A stretch of DNA of 64,000 bases from an uncultured Gammaproteobacteria bacterium (GCA_947260025.1 CAMYON010000013.1:20806-84805), one strand, 5' to 3'. Shown: positions 19,665-32,901, counted from the stretch's first letter. Notes: generated from the sequence alone by a model not told the origin. Numbers and translations: made by a program.

Positions 19665-20711
19665 TCAGTGACCGCCCTCCGAAACCGCGTTTTTATCTTC
19701 CGATATCAACTGGAAGTAGGTCTGGTGCTCCTCGCCCTTGCCGTGGCTGAGCAACTGGTTTGCGTTGTACAACAGGTAGCTGACGAACTGGATCAGCATG
19801 GTAACCGCGAAAATGATCAGGAAAGCGGCCATGAGGTACTTGACGTACATGCCGTAACCGCTTTGCGAGACTTCGAAACTGAGCAGCGGGCTATTGATAC
19901 TGTTGCCGCGGCCGCCCATGCCCTGCATCAGGATAACCCAGCAGATCGGCATGCCGAGAAACAGGCAGCCGATGGTATCGAACAGCGCTTTCTTGCGGCG
20001 CCTGAAACCGGTGTACAGCACATCGACTCGTACGTGGCCTTCCTCAACCAGCGTATGCGCACTGGCGAACAGGAACAGCGCCGCATACCAGAAACGTACC
20101 ACGTCGCCCATGTAAGCCTGCTCGTAGGAAAAAACGAAGCGCGTAATGACGATCAGGAATTCGGCCAGCACGCACATCAAAGCGAGCCAGCTGAAACTGA
20201 TATTGCGCAGCCTGGCCGCGATAAACAGCGAGGCGACGATCAAAGGGTAATGCACGTAGGTGCCACGAAATATGGGACGGCCCAGCTGCTGGTTTAACCA
20301 TTCGCCAGCAATTGGTTCGAGGATGCCTTCCACGCGCAGGAAAGAAATTACCATGTCGACCAGGCCCACCAGCGTTACCGACCAGAACGCGAAACGCACG
20401 AGGTAGGCGGAAAGCCTGGCGAAACGAATGCTGTCCTGCTCGAGCGTGCGCGCATGGGTCTTCAGTACGTATGCGACGCTGCCGGCAAGCAGCAGCAGGT
20501 AGATAATCAGCTGGGTCCAGCCCTGGCTGATTTTTGACTCGTCGAGGGCTTCGACTTCGAGGCCGAACCAGCCGTAATGCAACGCCAGCGCGTAAGGCCC
20601 CGGCATCTCCTGCCAGTAGACCAGGTAATTGTTAATCAGGTACAGAAACACGCCACTGACCATGACGTAGGCGAAACTACGCGTAATCAGGGGCAGGTTA
20701 CGTTGAATCAT
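19665..20711 (-). CDS. TRAP transporter small permease (DctQ-like) with extra N-terminal TM segments
   Basis: HTLVEEGHVRVDVLY DctQ motif; 348 aa. Confidence 0.8.
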   Translation of the reverse strand: MIQRNLPLITRSFAYVMVSGVFLYLINNYLVYWQEMPGPYALALHYGWFGLEVEALDESKISQGWTQLIIYLLLLAGSVAYVLKTHARTLEQDSIRFARLSAYLVRFAFWSVTLVGLVDMVISFLRVEGILEPIAGEWLNQQLGRPIFRGTYVHYPLIVASLFIAARLRNISFSWLALMCVLAEFLIVITRFVFSYEQAYMGDVVRFWYAALFLFASAHTLVEEGHVRVDVLYTGFRRRKKALFDTIGCLFLGMPICWVILMQGMGGRGNSINSPLLSFEVSQSGYGMYVKYLMAAFLIIFAVTMLIQFVSYLLYNANQLLSHGKGEEHQTYFQLISEDKNAVSEGGH

Positions 20712-20783
20712 CGAACGAACGACAGCGGGGCGAAAGAAAACGGAGCCCGAAGACTCCGTTTAATTTTCGCAATAGATCCGCTG

Positions 20784-21875
20784 CTACAGACCAAGCACGC
20801 GGTTACGCTGCGCCACGTAGGCCTGATCCGAGATCTTGGCCCAGGCACCGACTTCGCCACGCGACTTGAGAAAGCTCTGGTGAATTTTCTTCGCCATCGG
20901 GCTGTGCTGCTGCACTTCCTCGAACACTTCCGCCGCGGCATCGCCGAAGCTGTCGTAGATGTCGTCGCTGAAGTTTCTCAGCTTGACGCCCTGGTCCGAA
21001 ATCAGGCTGGCGAGCGAGGCGCCGTTCTTGGCGTTGTACTCGGACATCATCACTGAATTCTCCGTTTCGGCGGCAGCAGTGATAATGATCTGGTCCGCCT
21101 TGCTCAGACCGTCCCAGAATTTTTTGTTGATACCGAGCGACAGCATCGAGCCTGGCTCGTGCATGCCCGGGTAGTAGTAGAACTTGGCGGCTTCGTAGAA
21201 CTTCATGAAGCTGTCGTTCCAGGGTCCTACCCATTCGGTAGCATCGATCGCGCCGGATACCAGGTTTTCATAAATCTGACCGCCAGGCAGCGATACCGGC
21301 GATGCGCCAAGCTTGGCGAGCACGTCGCCGCCAAGACCCGGGATACGCATTTTCAGGCCCTTGAAATCGGAGGCGGAGCGCATTTCCTTGCGGAACCAGC
21401 CACCCATTTGTACCCCGGTATTACCGCAGGGCAGGCACTTGAGGCCGTAACCGGCGGCGAGTTCGTCCCACAATTCCTGGCCACCGCCGAACTGGGTCCA
21501 GGCGTTGACCTCGGTAAAAGTCATGCCGAAGGGGACGCCGGTAAAATAAGCCCAGCCAGGGTGCTTACCTTTCCAGTAGTAGTCGGCGGCATGGTACATC
21601 TGCGCGTTGCCCGAGGCGACTTCGTCGAACGAATCGAAAGCCTTGACGCGCTCGCCGGCGGCGAAATAGTTGACCTTGATACGACCATCGGTCATCGCGG
21701 TGAGGCGCTCGGCGAAGCGCTGCGCGCCGGTACCGAGACCGGGAAAGTCACGCGGCCAGGTAGATACCATGGTTATTTCGATTCGGCTCTGAGCTATTGC
21801 TGGTGCTGAGACCGCGCCTGCCCCGGTTGCTAATGCGGCGGCGACGCCACCTTTGAGTACATCACGACGTTTCAT
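20784..21875 (-). CDS. TRAP substrate-binding protein (DctP/TakP-like) with Tat signal
   Basis: MKRRDVLK Tat motif, QMGGWF, LKMRIPGLGG and IDATEWVGP. Confidence 0.9.
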   Translation of the reverse strand: MKRRDVLKGGVAAALATGAGAVSAPAIAQSRIEITMVSTWPRDFPGLGTGAQRFAERLTAMTDGRIKVNYFAAGERVKAFDSFDEVASGNAQMYHAADYYWKGKHPGWAYFTGVPFGMTFTEVNAWTQFGGGQELWDELAAGYGLKCLPCGNTGVQMGGWFRKEMRSASDFKGLKMRIPGLGGDVLAKLGASPVSLPGGQIYENLVSGAIDATEWVGPWNDSFMKFYEAAKFYYYPGMHEPGSMLSLGINKKFWDGLSKADQIIITAAAETENSVMMSEYNAKNGASLASLISDQGVKLRNFSDDIYDSFGDAAAEVFEEVQQHSPMAKKIHQSFLKSRGEVGAWAKISDQAYVAQRNRVLGL

Positions 21876-21990
21876 TGCTGATTCTCTCCGTTATTATGGA
21901 TATTGTCTGATATGTTTTTATAGTGGTTGGGGTCTCGACCTCTGGCCCCTTCGTACAACGCCGTCATTCTGGGCTTTCTACCCCAACATT

Positions 21991-22605
21991 TCAAGTTTTA
22001 GCGCCGACCCCGCCGGTATCCGGTGCATCTGTCTGGTGGGCTTTAAGCAAATCCCAGGCGGCCTTGATTTTCGCATTGGGATTCTCACAGTGCTCAGCGA
22101 TGAACTCGGCGGGGATAGTTTCGGGATTCAGTACCTTGTCCGGATGACCTTTCGGGAACAGGGCGCTGTTATCGAAAAACAGGTAGCCGTGAAGCGGTGC
22201 ATCGCCAATCAGTAATCGTAGCGCGGTGATCTGGTTTTCGAGTTCGAATAGAGGGTTTGCAAACTTGAAACTTTGCTGCCCGATGACCTGGGTCCACTCG
22301 GAAATTCGCTCGGCGCAGTAAATGTTCCCGCCGAAGGGTTTGTAGCTGATCAGCAGGATAGCATCACGGGTCAGGGCCAGCCGATCGATTTTATAGTAAC
22401 CCTCGAGCCCGTCGGCACAAACCAGGTCGCGTATCTGTGCGCTGCCGATTCGGTCGAGACAGCGCTGAATTCGCCACTCGCGAAACCAGGACTGGATACG
22501 CTGGCGGTAAACAACAAGGAGCATAACCAGCGCAAACGCCAGTAGCCCGAGGGCGACGAATTCCGATTCCAGGTTTAACTTTTTTGTTATCGATTCTAGA
22601 TCCAT
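21991..22605 (-). CDS. Membrane-anchored NERD-domain protein
   Basis: N-terminal TM; IDRLALT...ISYK...WTQ...FANPL pattern typical of NERD. Confidence 0.65.
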   Translation of the reverse strand: MDLESITKKLNLESEFVALGLLAFALVMLLVVYRQRIQSWFREWRIQRCLDRIGSAQIRDLVCADGLEGYYKIDRLALTRDAILLISYKPFGGNIYCAERISEWTQVIGQQSFKFANPLFELENQITALRLLIGDAPLHGYLFFDNSALFPKGHPDKVLNPETIPAEFIAEHCENPNAKIKAAWDLLKAHQTDAPDTGGVGAKT

Positions 22606-22706
22606 GATTCAGAATATTATCCCAGGCTGGCCAAAATGCCATCGCCAATTGCCATCGTCAATGGTAAAAATTACACTGGCAATTATCGATATCGGAGCTA
22701 GCCCGC

Positions 22707-23744
22707 ATGACCACACCCCGTTTAACCGTAAAACAATTGTTCGACCGCGAAAGCTGCACCTACACCTATCTGCTGATCGATGCCGAGACGGGCGAGGGCG
22801 CTATTATCGACGGGGTGCTCGAGACCTTCGACCGTGATATGCAGATCATCAACGAGCTCGGAGTCGAGTTGCTGTACGCGATCGAGACGCATGCACATGC
22901 AGACCACATCACCTCGGCCGGCAAGATTCGGGAAATCACCGGTGCCAAGCTGGTTTACGGCGAGAGCTCCGGTATCGAGGCGATCGACATACCGCTCAAG
23001 GACGGCGACAGCATTCAACTGGGGCATTACCAGATAACGGCGATCTCGACGCCTGGCCACACCAACGGCTGTACCTGTTATTTTTGTGACGGCATGCTGT
23101 TTAGCGGTGACACGCTGCTGATTCGAGGCTGCGGTCGCACTGACTTCCAGTTCGGGGATCCGGGCCATCTGTATGACAGCGTGACGCAAAAACTGTTTGT
23201 GCTTAGCGACGATACCATCGTTTACCCGGCACATGATTATAACGGCCGTACCTGGTCGACCATCGGCGAAGAAAAGACCTGGAATCCGCGGCTCGGCGGC
23301 GGCAGGCCGCGCCAGGAGTTCATCGACCTGATGAACAATCTGAACCTCGACATGCCGAAACGGATCAACGAGGCGGTGCCGGCGAATATGAGCGTCGGTA
23401 TCAGTTTCGATGCCAATCGCTACCTGCTGCGCGACTTCGACATGAATGACCTGCACCAGGTGTGGCAGGATTTACCGCCCAATACGCTGATCATGGATAA
23501 CCGCACACCGGAAGAATATGCCAGGGGCCACGTGCCCGGCAGCCATAATATCCCGATGGGAACCGAGAATTCGCAGGTCGACGATCTGCGACAGTACGAC
23601 CAGATTTACCTCTACTGCCGTTCGGGCCGGCGCGCGCAAACCTCGACCACCAACCTGAACTTCCAGGGGCTCGATCAGATAACCTGTATCAGCCACAGCG
23701 GTATGCCGGACTGGGAAAAAGCCGGCTACCCGGTCGAAACCTGA
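22707..23744 (+). CDS. Persulfide dioxygenase (ETHE1-like MBL) fused to rhodanese
   Basis: ETHAHADHIT, TPGHT, GCGRTDFQ, YPAHDY and NPRL motifs, plus C-terminal rhodanese YCRSGRR. Confidence 0.85.
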   Translation: MTTPRLTVKQLFDRESCTYTYLLIDAETGEGAIIDGVLETFDRDMQIINELGVELLYAIETHAHADHITSAGKIREITGAKLVYGESSGIEAIDIPLKDGDSIQLGHYQITAISTPGHTNGCTCYFCDGMLFSGDTLLIRGCGRTDFQFGDPGHLYDSVTQKLFVLSDDTIVYPAHDYNGRTWSTIGEEKTWNPRLGGGRPRQEFIDLMNNLNLDMPKRINEAVPANMSVGISFDANRYLLRDFDMNDLHQVWQDLPPNTLIMDNRTPEEYARGHVPGSHNIPMGTENSQVDDLRQYDQIYLYCRSGRRAQTSTTNLNFQGLDQITCISHSGMPDWEKAGYPVET

Positions 23745-23755
23745 GACTCCGACGG

Positions 23756-24862
23756 TCAGGCGACCTTCGAAATCACCATGTAGGCGTGGACGTAGTCCAT
23801 ACCGTGACCCGCGGGATTGTCGCGCACCAGGTCGCGATAACTGCCGTAATAGTCCTCGATTATCTGGCGGCGCTGTTCCAGCGGTCGCTGCCCGGACAGG
23901 GCGTTGAAATAGGTACTTTCGTTCCAGCTGCGTATCGTCGGGATATACGCTTCGGCAAATCGAGCAGCGTCCCCATGTTGCGCGAAAGCCTCGGCAAACG
24001 GGCATTTGACGATACGCGTGTCGATATGCTCGAGCCGCAGCCCGGCCTGGTAAACCGCGTCTTCCTGGTCAGTCAACGGTGCGCTGAATTCTTCCACGGT
24101 ATTGTAATACTGCGGCAGGGTCATGTTGTCGTACTCGTCACGCTCGATGCGTCCCTGCTCGAGAAAATCCAGCCAGATCTGGTTGAAGGTGTCGAACATG
24201 TTGACACCCCCGGTATTGCCCAGGTAGCGGCCTTGCTCGTCACAGCCAAAATTGATCAGTATCAGCTTGCCGCCGGGTTTCAGTTCGGTGGCACGGTGCA
24301 ACAGGATCTGGCGCCAGTCCCGATGCGCCTGCGCGCGAAACGCCTCGAGCTCTTCGCCCGCGGCGCCGACCGCCTGCACGTGATTGGTGATATTGCATAC
24401 CTTGCTGCTCATCCAGTGCATCGCGGTAGCGGAAAATCCGATATCGAGGCTAGCCGCCGGCACGATCTGTTTGTAGAAAGTGGTCCCCGAAACCAGTGGA
24501 AAGACATTACTGTGCTTGTCCAGATAGGTTTCGAACGGACCAAGGCCGTAGACGTTCGTGATCAGGGCGTTGAAATCGTTACGCGGCTGGTCCGAATAGA
24601 CGATCGAAACCGGCGCCTCTGGGACGCGCGCTTTAACCGCCTCGATGCTGCTTTCGATCATCGACAGCGAGGTCCCGGCATCGGCGGTGCCCATGTCCGA
24701 TAGCGTGAAGCCATTGACGATCGATTCCTGCGGCAGGCTGTTGATCGCCTCCACGACCATCGGCGTGGCGGCATCGATAACGTGCCTGGCGCCAACCGTC
24801 GCCAGCGAGTAGAGTCCGCCGCCGCTCATGGTGATACCTTCTGAATGTCCCCGAGTGCCCAT
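23756..24862 (-). CDS. SABATH-type SAM-dependent methyltransferase
   Basis: DMGTADAGTS, SDQPRNDFN, GTTFYKQIVP and SATAMHWMS parallel the SABATH motifs DLGCS, DLPxNDFN, GSFYxRLFP and SxALHWLS. Confidence 0.8.
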   Translation of the reverse strand: MGTRGHSEGITMSGGGLYSLATVGARHVIDAATPMVVEAINSLPQESIVNGFTLSDMGTADAGTSLSMIESSIEAVKARVPEAPVSIVYSDQPRNDFNALITNVYGLGPFETYLDKHSNVFPLVSGTTFYKQIVPAASLDIGFSATAMHWMSSKVCNITNHVQAVGAAGEELEAFRAQAHRDWRQILLHRATELKPGGKLILINFGCDEQGRYLGNTGGVNMFDTFNQIWLDFLEQGRIERDEYDNMTLPQYYNTVEEFSAPLTDQEDAVYQAGLRLEHIDTRIVKCPFAEAFAQHGDAARFAEAYIPTIRSWNESTYFNALSGQRPLEQRRQIIEDYYGSYRDLVRDNPAGHGMDYVHAYMVISKVA

Positions 24863-24880
24863 GTCTCCTCCGCCGCTTGA

Positions 24881-26029
24881 TTAAGTCTGATTCTCGTCGA
24901 TCAGGGATAAAACCAATTGTGCCATATTGCGCGCACCGTCACCCGCACCGAGATTTTCGCGTACCCGTTCGAGCCCGGACAATACCTGCTCGCGGTACTC
25001 GAGATTTTCGATCAAAGCGAACAGCTCCGTACTGACGGCATCGGGTTGCGCCGCCTGTTGCAGGAACTCGCGGACCACCGCGCCCCCGGCGACGATATTC
25101 GCCAGCCCGATATGCGGTATCGTAACCAGTCGTTTCATGATCGAATAGGACAATCCCGACAGCTTGTAGACAATGCACATCGGCACACCGAGCAGGGCGA
25201 TCTCGAGCGTCACCGTGCCCGAACAGGTTACGATCGCGTTGCAACAGCCGATCACGCCGTAAACGTCATCCTGGGTCACGATAATGTCGAGATCCCGGCT
25301 GGCGCACTGTCGCGTTATCTCGTCGAAATCCAGCGTCGATGCGACGGGTAGCAGGAACTTGATGCTCGGGTCGCGCTGACGCATCAGTCGCGCGGTATCG
25401 AACATCAGCGGCAGCAGGCGGGATATTTCGCTATGGCGGCTGCCGGGAAACAGCCCGATGACCCGGTCTGTAGCGGAGATGCCGAGCTTCGCCTGCAAGG
25501 CGTCGACGTCTGCTCGCAACTGCACCTTGTCGACCAGCGGATGACCGACAAAACTGACCGGAATACCGGCTCGCTCGTAGTATTGCTGCTCGAACTTGAA
25601 AATCACCGCCATGTGATCGATCAGCCTGCCGATCTTGTGAATGCGCTTCGGCCGCCAGGCCCACACCTGGGGGCTGATATAAAACAGCACCTTGATACCG
25701 AGCTCGCGCGCGTGCCGCGCCATCTTCAGATTGAATTCGGGGTAGTCGACCAGTATCAGCAGGTCGGGACGAGTTTGCTCGAGCCGCTGCTTGACGATCG
25801 CCATTGCGCGTTTGATATCGCTCCAGTGACGCAAAACCTCGACCAGGCCGACCACCGCAATGATCGAAGAATCGAAAAACACGTCGACGCCGGCGCGTTG
25901 CATTTCGCGGCTGCCCATGCCGCTGAGCCGGATGTCCGGCTGCAGTTGCCTGAGCTGTTCGACGAATTCGGCGGCGTGGGCGTCGCCGGAGGCTTCCCCG
26001 GCGAGAATCATGACGTGGGCCGGGTTCAT
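24881..26029 (-). CDS. lpxB: Lipid-A-disaccharide synthase
   Basis: AGEASGD, DYPEFN, SPQVWAWR, FVGHPL, PGSR and SGTVTLE motifs; start at ATG 26029. Confidence 0.95.
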   Translation of the reverse strand: MNPAHVMILAGEASGDAHAAEFVEQLRQLQPDIRLSGMGSREMQRAGVDVFFDSSIIAVVGLVEVLRHWSDIKRAMAIVKQRLEQTRPDLLILVDYPEFNLKMARHARELGIKVLFYISPQVWAWRPKRIHKIGRLIDHMAVIFKFEQQYYERAGIPVSFVGHPLVDKVQLRADVDALQAKLGISATDRVIGLFPGSRHSEISRLLPLMFDTARLMRQRDPSIKFLLPVASTLDFDEITRQCASRDLDIIVTQDDVYGVIGCCNAIVTCSGTVTLEIALLGVPMCIVYKLSGLSYSIMKRLVTIPHIGLANIVAGGAVVREFLQQAAQPDAVSTELFALIENLEYREQVLSGLERVRENLGAGDGARNMAQLVLSLIDENQT

Positions 26030-27117
26030 CAGGCGCTTAGCAGGGCCTCGCACACGGTTGCGATTTGCCGTTCGGTCATTTCCGGAAATATCGGCAAGGA
26101 GAGACAGCGTTGCGCGGTTGCTTCGGTCACCGGCAGCTCGGGCTGCGCCGTGTCGGCAAAAGCTTTTTGCTGGTGCAGCGGGATCGGATAGTACACGGCA
26201 CAGGAGACCTCGCGTGCGAGCACGGCTTCGCGCACCGCGTCCCGGTTATCGCAGAGGATGGTGTACTGGTGAAATACGTGATCGCGATCGTCGGGGATCA
26301 CGGGTGCCTGAAACCGACTTCCGGCCAGCCGCTCGTTGTAAGCCCTGGCCACCTCGTGGCGTTTGCGATTGTATTCGTCGATATGTTTGAGTTTGATGCG
26401 CAGGATAACGGCCTGCAGTTCGTCGAGGCGGCTGTTAACGCCGATGACATCATGGTGATATTGCTGGCTGCTGCCGTGATTACGCAGCATTTTGATCTTT
26501 GCGGCCGTGGTCTCGTCGTTGGTGGTAACCATGCCGCCATCGCCGTAGCAGCCGAGGTTTTTGCTCGGGAAAAAACTGAATGCCCCGGAGGCGCCAATGG
26601 CTCCCGTGGCACGCTCACCGTAGCGGCTGCCAAAGGATTGCGCACAGTCTTCGATCACCAGTAAATCGAACTCTTCCGCCAGCGCCAGGATTTCATTCAT
26701 ATCGGCAGGCTGGCCGAACAGGTGTACCGGTAATATCGCCCTGGTCCTGTCGGTTATCGCGGCCCTGATCCTGGCGGGATCGATATTGAAGCTGTGCGGT
26801 TGAATATCGACGAATACCGGGATTGCCCCGATAAAGCGAATGGCCTCGGCGGTGGCGATAAACGTGAAGGCGCTGGTGATTACCTCGTCTCCCGGTTGAA
26901 TTCCGCTGGCCAGCAGCGCGAGGTGCAGGGCGTCGGTGCCGTTGGCGCAACTGATGGCATGATTGACACCGAGATACTCCGCGGCTTCCTGGTCGAAGGC
27001 CTGCACGTTAGGGCCCAGGATGAAGCGGGTTTCGCCCAGCGCCTGCAGAATGGCGCTGTCGATTTCCGTTTTCAGGGTTTCGTACTGACCCTTCAGGTCG
27101 ACCATGGGGATGCTCAT
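26029..27117 (-). CDS. DegT/DnrJ-family aminotransferase, probable GnnB
   Basis: NGTDAL, IEDCAQ, SFFPSKNLG and NSRLDE motifs; translationally coupled to lpxB. Confidence 0.85.
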   Translation of the reverse strand: MSIPMVDLKGQYETLKTEIDSAILQALGETRFILGPNVQAFDQEAAEYLGVNHAISCANGTDALHLALLASGIQPGDEVITSAFTFIATAEAIRFIGAIPVFVDIQPHSFNIDPARIRAAITDRTRAILPVHLFGQPADMNEILALAEEFDLLVIEDCAQSFGSRYGERATGAIGASGAFSFFPSKNLGCYGDGGMVTTNDETTAAKIKMLRNHGSSQQYHHDVIGVNSRLDELQAVILRIKLKHIDEYNRKRHEVARAYNERLAGSRFQAPVIPDDRDHVFHQYTILCDNRDAVREAVLAREVSCAVYYPIPLHQQKAFADTAQPELPVTEATAQRCLSLPIFPEMTERQIATVCEALLSA

Positions 27118-28058
27118 AATGATTCCTTGATTTGTGTCGTAATGGCGATAGCGGTTTCCAGGGCGCGTTTACCGTCCTCGCCGTTCACCAGCGGCCGTTT
27201 GCCGGTTTTGATTGCATCGATAAAGTCGAGGACTTCCAGATTGAGTGCGTCGTTATCCTCGAACTGAAATTCTTCATGGGTTATGTCCCTGTAGCCTTCG
27301 GCGTTATCGGCCTCGCCCTTGCGATTGACCGCCAGGATCTTGTCCTGAAAATCGGCCGACAGGTAGGCATCTTTCTGAAAAATGCGCAGTTTTCGCTCGC
27401 GCTTGCGACTGATGCGGCTCGCGGTCACGTTGGCCACGCAGTGATTCTCGAACTCCAGACGGGCGTTGGCGATATCGATCGTATCTGACAGTACCGAAAT
27501 ACCGCTGGCCGAGATACGGGAAATCGGACTATCGATCAGGTCGAGGATGATGTCGATATCGTGAATCATGAGGTCGAGAATGACGCTGACGTCGGTGGCT
27601 CGCAGCGTGAACGGCGCCAGGCGGGTCGACTCGAGGAACTGCGGCTGCTGCAAATGTTCGCCGATACCGAGCATGACGCTGTTGAAGCGTTCGATATGAC
27701 CGACCTGCAGTACCAATTGCTGGTCGCGGGCAATGCGATTGAGAATTTCGGCCTCGGCCACCGATTCGGTGACCGGTTTTTCGATCAAACAGTGAATTCC
27801 CGCTTCCAGAAACTCGCGGCCGATTTTATAATGCAGGCTGGTTGGAACCACCAGACTGATTGCGTCAACCAGCGGGATGACATCGCGATAGTCGGTAAAC
27901 GTCTCGGCGCCGTGTTTTTGTGCGATAGCGCGCGCGTTTTCGGCATTGGTATCAACCACGGCAACCAGATCGCAATCGGTGCAGGCGGCGTATTTGTCAG
28001 CATGCCATTTGCCCAGGTGACCAACACCGACAACAGCAACCTTGAGTAATTGAGACAT
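27114..28058 (-). CDS. Gfo/Idh/MocA oxidoreductase, probable GnnA
   Basis: GVGHLG, IEKP, VGHIERFN and DLMIHDID motifs; coupled to the DegT gene and lpxB. Confidence 0.85.
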   Translation of the reverse strand: MSQLLKVAVVGVGHLGKWHADKYAACTDCDLVAVVDTNAENARAIAQKHGAETFTDYRDVIPLVDAISLVVPTSLHYKIGREFLEAGIHCLIEKPVTESVAEAEILNRIARDQQLVLQVGHIERFNSVMLGIGEHLQQPQFLESTRLAPFTLRATDVSVILDLMIHDIDIILDLIDSPISRISASGISVLSDTIDIANARLEFENHCVANVTASRISRKRERKLRIFQKDAYLSADFQDKILAVNRKGEADNAEGYRDITHEEFQFEDNDALNLEVLDFIDAIKTGKRPLVNGEDGKRALETAIAITTQIKESL

Positions 28059-28094
28059 AAGTGACAGGAGTGAAAATCAACCGGCGCATTATAT

Positions 28095-28674
28095 ATGCAT
28101 GAAAACCCAATTGCGAAGCTTGTCGCCGGCATCGACGAAGCCGGTCGCGGCCCGCTGGCGGGTTCGGTGGTTGCCGCCGCGGTTATCCTCGATGAAGCTT
28201 GCCCGATAGACGGGTTGACCGATTCCAAGAAACTTTCGGAAGGCCGCCGCCTGCAACTGGAAGTCGAGATCAAGAAAAATGCCGTGGCCTGGGCGATCGC
28301 CGAGGCCAGTCACCACGAGGTCGATCAAATCAATATCCTGCAGGCCAGCCTGCTGGCAATGAAGCGCGCTCTGCTGGGTCTGAATCTTAAACCGCAGCAG
28401 GTGCTGGTCGACGGCAATCGGCTGCCCGCGCTCGATGGCTACCAGATGCTGGCAATCGTGAAAGGCGACCTGTACGAGCCCTGTATTTCGGCGGCGTCGA
28501 TCCTGGCGAAAAACTACCGCGACCGGCAGATGCTGGAGCTCGATCGACAGTACCCCCAGTACCAATTTGCCCGGCACAAGGGTTATCCGACCGCGCTGCA
28601 TCGTGAAATGCTGCAACGCCATGGTGTCTCGGCGGTGCATCGCCGCAGCTTCAAGCCGGTACGAGATTTGCTCG

Positions 28675-28682
<8 letters not shown>
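28095..28682 (+). CDS. rnhB: Ribonuclease HII
   Basis: [18 protein letters not shown] and HKGYPT motifs. Confidence 0.95.
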
Positions 28683-32154
<3,472 letters not shown>

Positions 32155-32232
32155 GCAACGCGGCCCGCTGTGGATTGACCGGGAAAATAGATCGCAGTAT
32201 CGTGCCGGGCTCGGTCATCACCCGGGTTTGAT

Positions 32233-32901
32233 ATGCTGCGATACATTGTCTGGCGACTGCTTTTCGAAATCTGCAACATCAGGCGCCTTTTCGGCCACGG
32301 CAATGAACGCGTGCAGTACCTGGCGTTCGGTGCCAACCTGAGCGAATCGATCATGAATGAACGCCGGATCCGACCGTTCGCGATGAAGCCGTTCACCCTG
32401 AGAGATCATGGTCTGCGCTTTGATCATCCTTCCCCCTGGATCGGTTGTGGCTATGCCTCGGCCGAACCTGCCGTCGGCGAAGCGGTGCATGGATTCCTTT
32501 ACTCGTTGTCGGCGCGAGATGCCGCGCGCATGGATTTCTACGAAGCGGTGCCGGTTATCAACCGCTACCGCCGTACCTGGGTCGAACAGGATGGAGAGCG
32601 AGTTTACTTTTACCAGACCAACCGCTCCACGCCGAATCTGAAGCCCACCGAGGAATACCTGGGATACATCGTCAACGGCCTCGCATCCCATCCGGATGCC
32701 AGCGACGAGTATCGCGCGTCGATGGCATCTACCGCGACCGGCGAACCGGGCAAGTTCGTCTCGTCGTACCTGTGGAATCAGCCCGAGGATCGCGGCGGAT
32801 GGCGTCGCGACCTGGTCAATCTGTACCAGCGAGTCGTACTTTTTATCTTCCTGAAACTGCTGTACCGATATTCCTTGACCGCCGTTTTCATCCGCTACTA
32901 A
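32233..32901 (+). CDS. Gamma-glutamylcyclotransferase (AIG2-like) family protein
   Basis: YLAFGANL (YFAYGSN-like), MDFYE and PTEEYL motifs. Confidence 0.65.
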   Translation: MLRYIVWRLLFEICNIRRLFGHGNERVQYLAFGANLSESIMNERRIRPFAMKPFTLRDHGLRFDHPSPWIGCGYASAEPAVGEAVHGFLYSLSARDAARMDFYEAVPVINRYRRTWVEQDGERVYFYQTNRSTPNLKPTEEYLGYIVNGLASHPDASDEYRASMASTATGEPGKFVSSYLWNQPEDRGGWRRDLVNLYQRVVLFIFLKLLYRYSLTAVFIRY

